This document shows, one piece after another, positions 62,603-64,000 of a stretch of 64,000 nt of DNA. The notes below the pieces were generated by a model that worked only from the letters and a program-made list of their open reading frames with translations, had not been told where the DNA came from and did not search any database. The translations under genes and the position numbers were made by a program. Position 1 is the first letter of the stretch; the number at the start of each line of letters is the position of its first letter. The DNA comes from Octopus sinensis (lineage: Eukaryota). The stretch lies in assembly GCF_006345805.1 (NCBI RefSeq), contig NC_043014.1, forward strand, positions 11,036,001 through 11,100,000, written 5' to 3'.

Positions 62603-63722
62603 TTGGGTCATCCCATAAATAATGCGGCTTTTTCAAAAATTTTCAAAATTAAGATAAACAGTTCTTTTTTAATCTAAAATATACTCTCCTTCATTTTCGA
62701 CAATGCTCTTCCATCTATCTGGTAGATTTGCAAGGCCCCTTTTCCAAAATTCACTTGTTCTTGGGGAAAATACTCCTCCAGTACTGTTCTGACTTTGCCT
62801 ACAGAATTCATATCTTCACCGTCCAAATGATTTTGAAGACAGCGGAATAAATGGTAATGAGATGTGGCAATGTCCGGCGAATATAGTGAGGAGGGCATCG
62901 TTTCCCACTCAAACTGCTCCAGCCTTTGGAATGTCATCCTCACTGCATGTGGCTGAGCATTATCCTGATGGAAGAACACCTTTCGTCGTGAAACCAAAGA
63001 TGGACCTTTTTCTCCTAGTGCTGACTTAAGCTGCTCGCAGTAGATCTCTTTCGTTATCGTTTGGTTTGGGTTTAAAAGTTCAAAGTGGACTAAACCTTTC
63101 ATATCCCACCAAACAGATAACACCTGACGTGGGTGAAGACCTTCTTTAGCCTGGGGTACCGATTGTTCTCCTTTCCCTACTCACTATCTTCGGCACTTGA
63201 CATTTTTACAAAGAACCCATTTCTCCTCACCCGTCACTCTTCGGTCCAAAAAAGGTTCATTCGTGAGATATGACAGCAAAGAAGAACACACGTTCACTTG
63301 ATGAATGGTTGAATGACCAAATCGAAGCTTCTCTGCTAGTTCCTCAACAGTTACGATGGGATTTTGTTCCACCAGGTTTGCAGGCTGTAGTTTCTGGCTC
63401 GGAATTTCTGGAACCACCGTTGACACTGACTTGCGCTTATCGTCCGGTTCCCATATACTGCATTAATATTCCTCACACTTTCCGTTGAGTTGTTGCCTTC
63501 ATTGAACTCATAAAGCAAAATATACCGAGAATGCTCCTTTGTCACTTCCATTATAGCTTTGAAAAAATAACTCTTAAAATCGAACTGCACTCTTCAAAAC
63601 TTGCACTAAGAATAAGCACAAGGTAAAATTACTACCTGCTTTTATAGCAATTTGATGCAGGTAGTTTATTCCACCCCCTCCGACTTCTAGTACATGCTAT
63701 TGGAAAAACCGCATTTGACCAA
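62603..63722 (-). mobile_element. Mariner (Mos1/Hsmar-like) transposon relic in MMP intron 2
   Basis: Three broken frames: MEVTKEHSRYILLYEF..QRWFQKFR (HTH), FLDRRVTGEEKWVL, and LSVWWDMKG..HQDNAQPH..YSPDIATSHYHLF (34 residues after the second Asp; third Asp now His). TIR TTGGGTCATCCCATAAATAATGCGG at 62603 and a deleted copy ending 63722. Confidence 0.9.
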
Positions 63723-63742
63723 TATATATTCTTCGATTTCAG

Positions 63743-63861
63743 GAAGTTTCAAGGTTTTCTTCAACTTAACATCACGGGGCAAGCTGACCAAGCTACATTG
63801 AAGGTTATGTCAATGCCTCGTTGTGGTGTCTCTGATGTTATGGACCCAGAAAATACAAAAG
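63743..63861 (+). CDS. MMP: Matrix metalloproteinase, coding exon 3 (pro-domain with cysteine switch); gene continues beyond window
   Basis: Acceptor ttcttcgatttcag|, phase matches exon 2 (AA+G=Lys). Encodes KFQGFLQLNITGQADQATLKVMSMPRCGVSDVMDPENTK, containing FQ..L..TG..D..T...M..PRCGxxD. Best donor is AAG|gcaagt. Confidence 0.95.
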
Positions 63862-64000
63862 GCAAGTTGTTTTTCAGTGTCATTATATATAAGTGCAGGT
63901 ATAGCACCCGATTTTCTGGTCCACATTGTTCGGAACCTCTTAAAATCCGCATTGATTTTGTTTCAAATTTTGGCACAAGGACAACAACTGGGGGGGGGGA

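Overview
Eukaryotic nuclear DNA, AT-rich and dominated by repeats. The SINE families, microsatellite load and LINE/DNA-transposon mix look like an octopod cephalopod genome; this is inferred from repeat families, not a database hit. One host gene is well supported: the first three coding exons of a matrix metalloproteinase (MMP) on the + strand (58029-58154, 61005-61084, 63743-63861). They splice in frame to signal peptide + YLKRYGYL + PRCGVSD cysteine switch, and the gene runs off the window. The ORF track does not show it as a spliced gene. Almost all other listed ORFs are microsatellite, SINE or transposon artefacts. Mobile DNA includes several tRNA-derived SINE families, CR1, RTE and RLE-type LINE 3' ends, a DD36E Tc1 element with nested inserts, two mariner relics, a hAT relic, non-autonomous Helitrons (two tandem arrays) and several GG-ended palindromic MITEs. 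The most unusual structure is a ~1.8 kb inverted pair of Penelope-like GIY-YIG fragments, each arm carrying a foldable type I hammerhead ribozyme. There is also a 3.2 kb 14-bp satellite with a ~1.58 kb higher-order repeat and a perfect 48-bp hairpin. All coordinates were read by eye and repeat boundaries are approximate.
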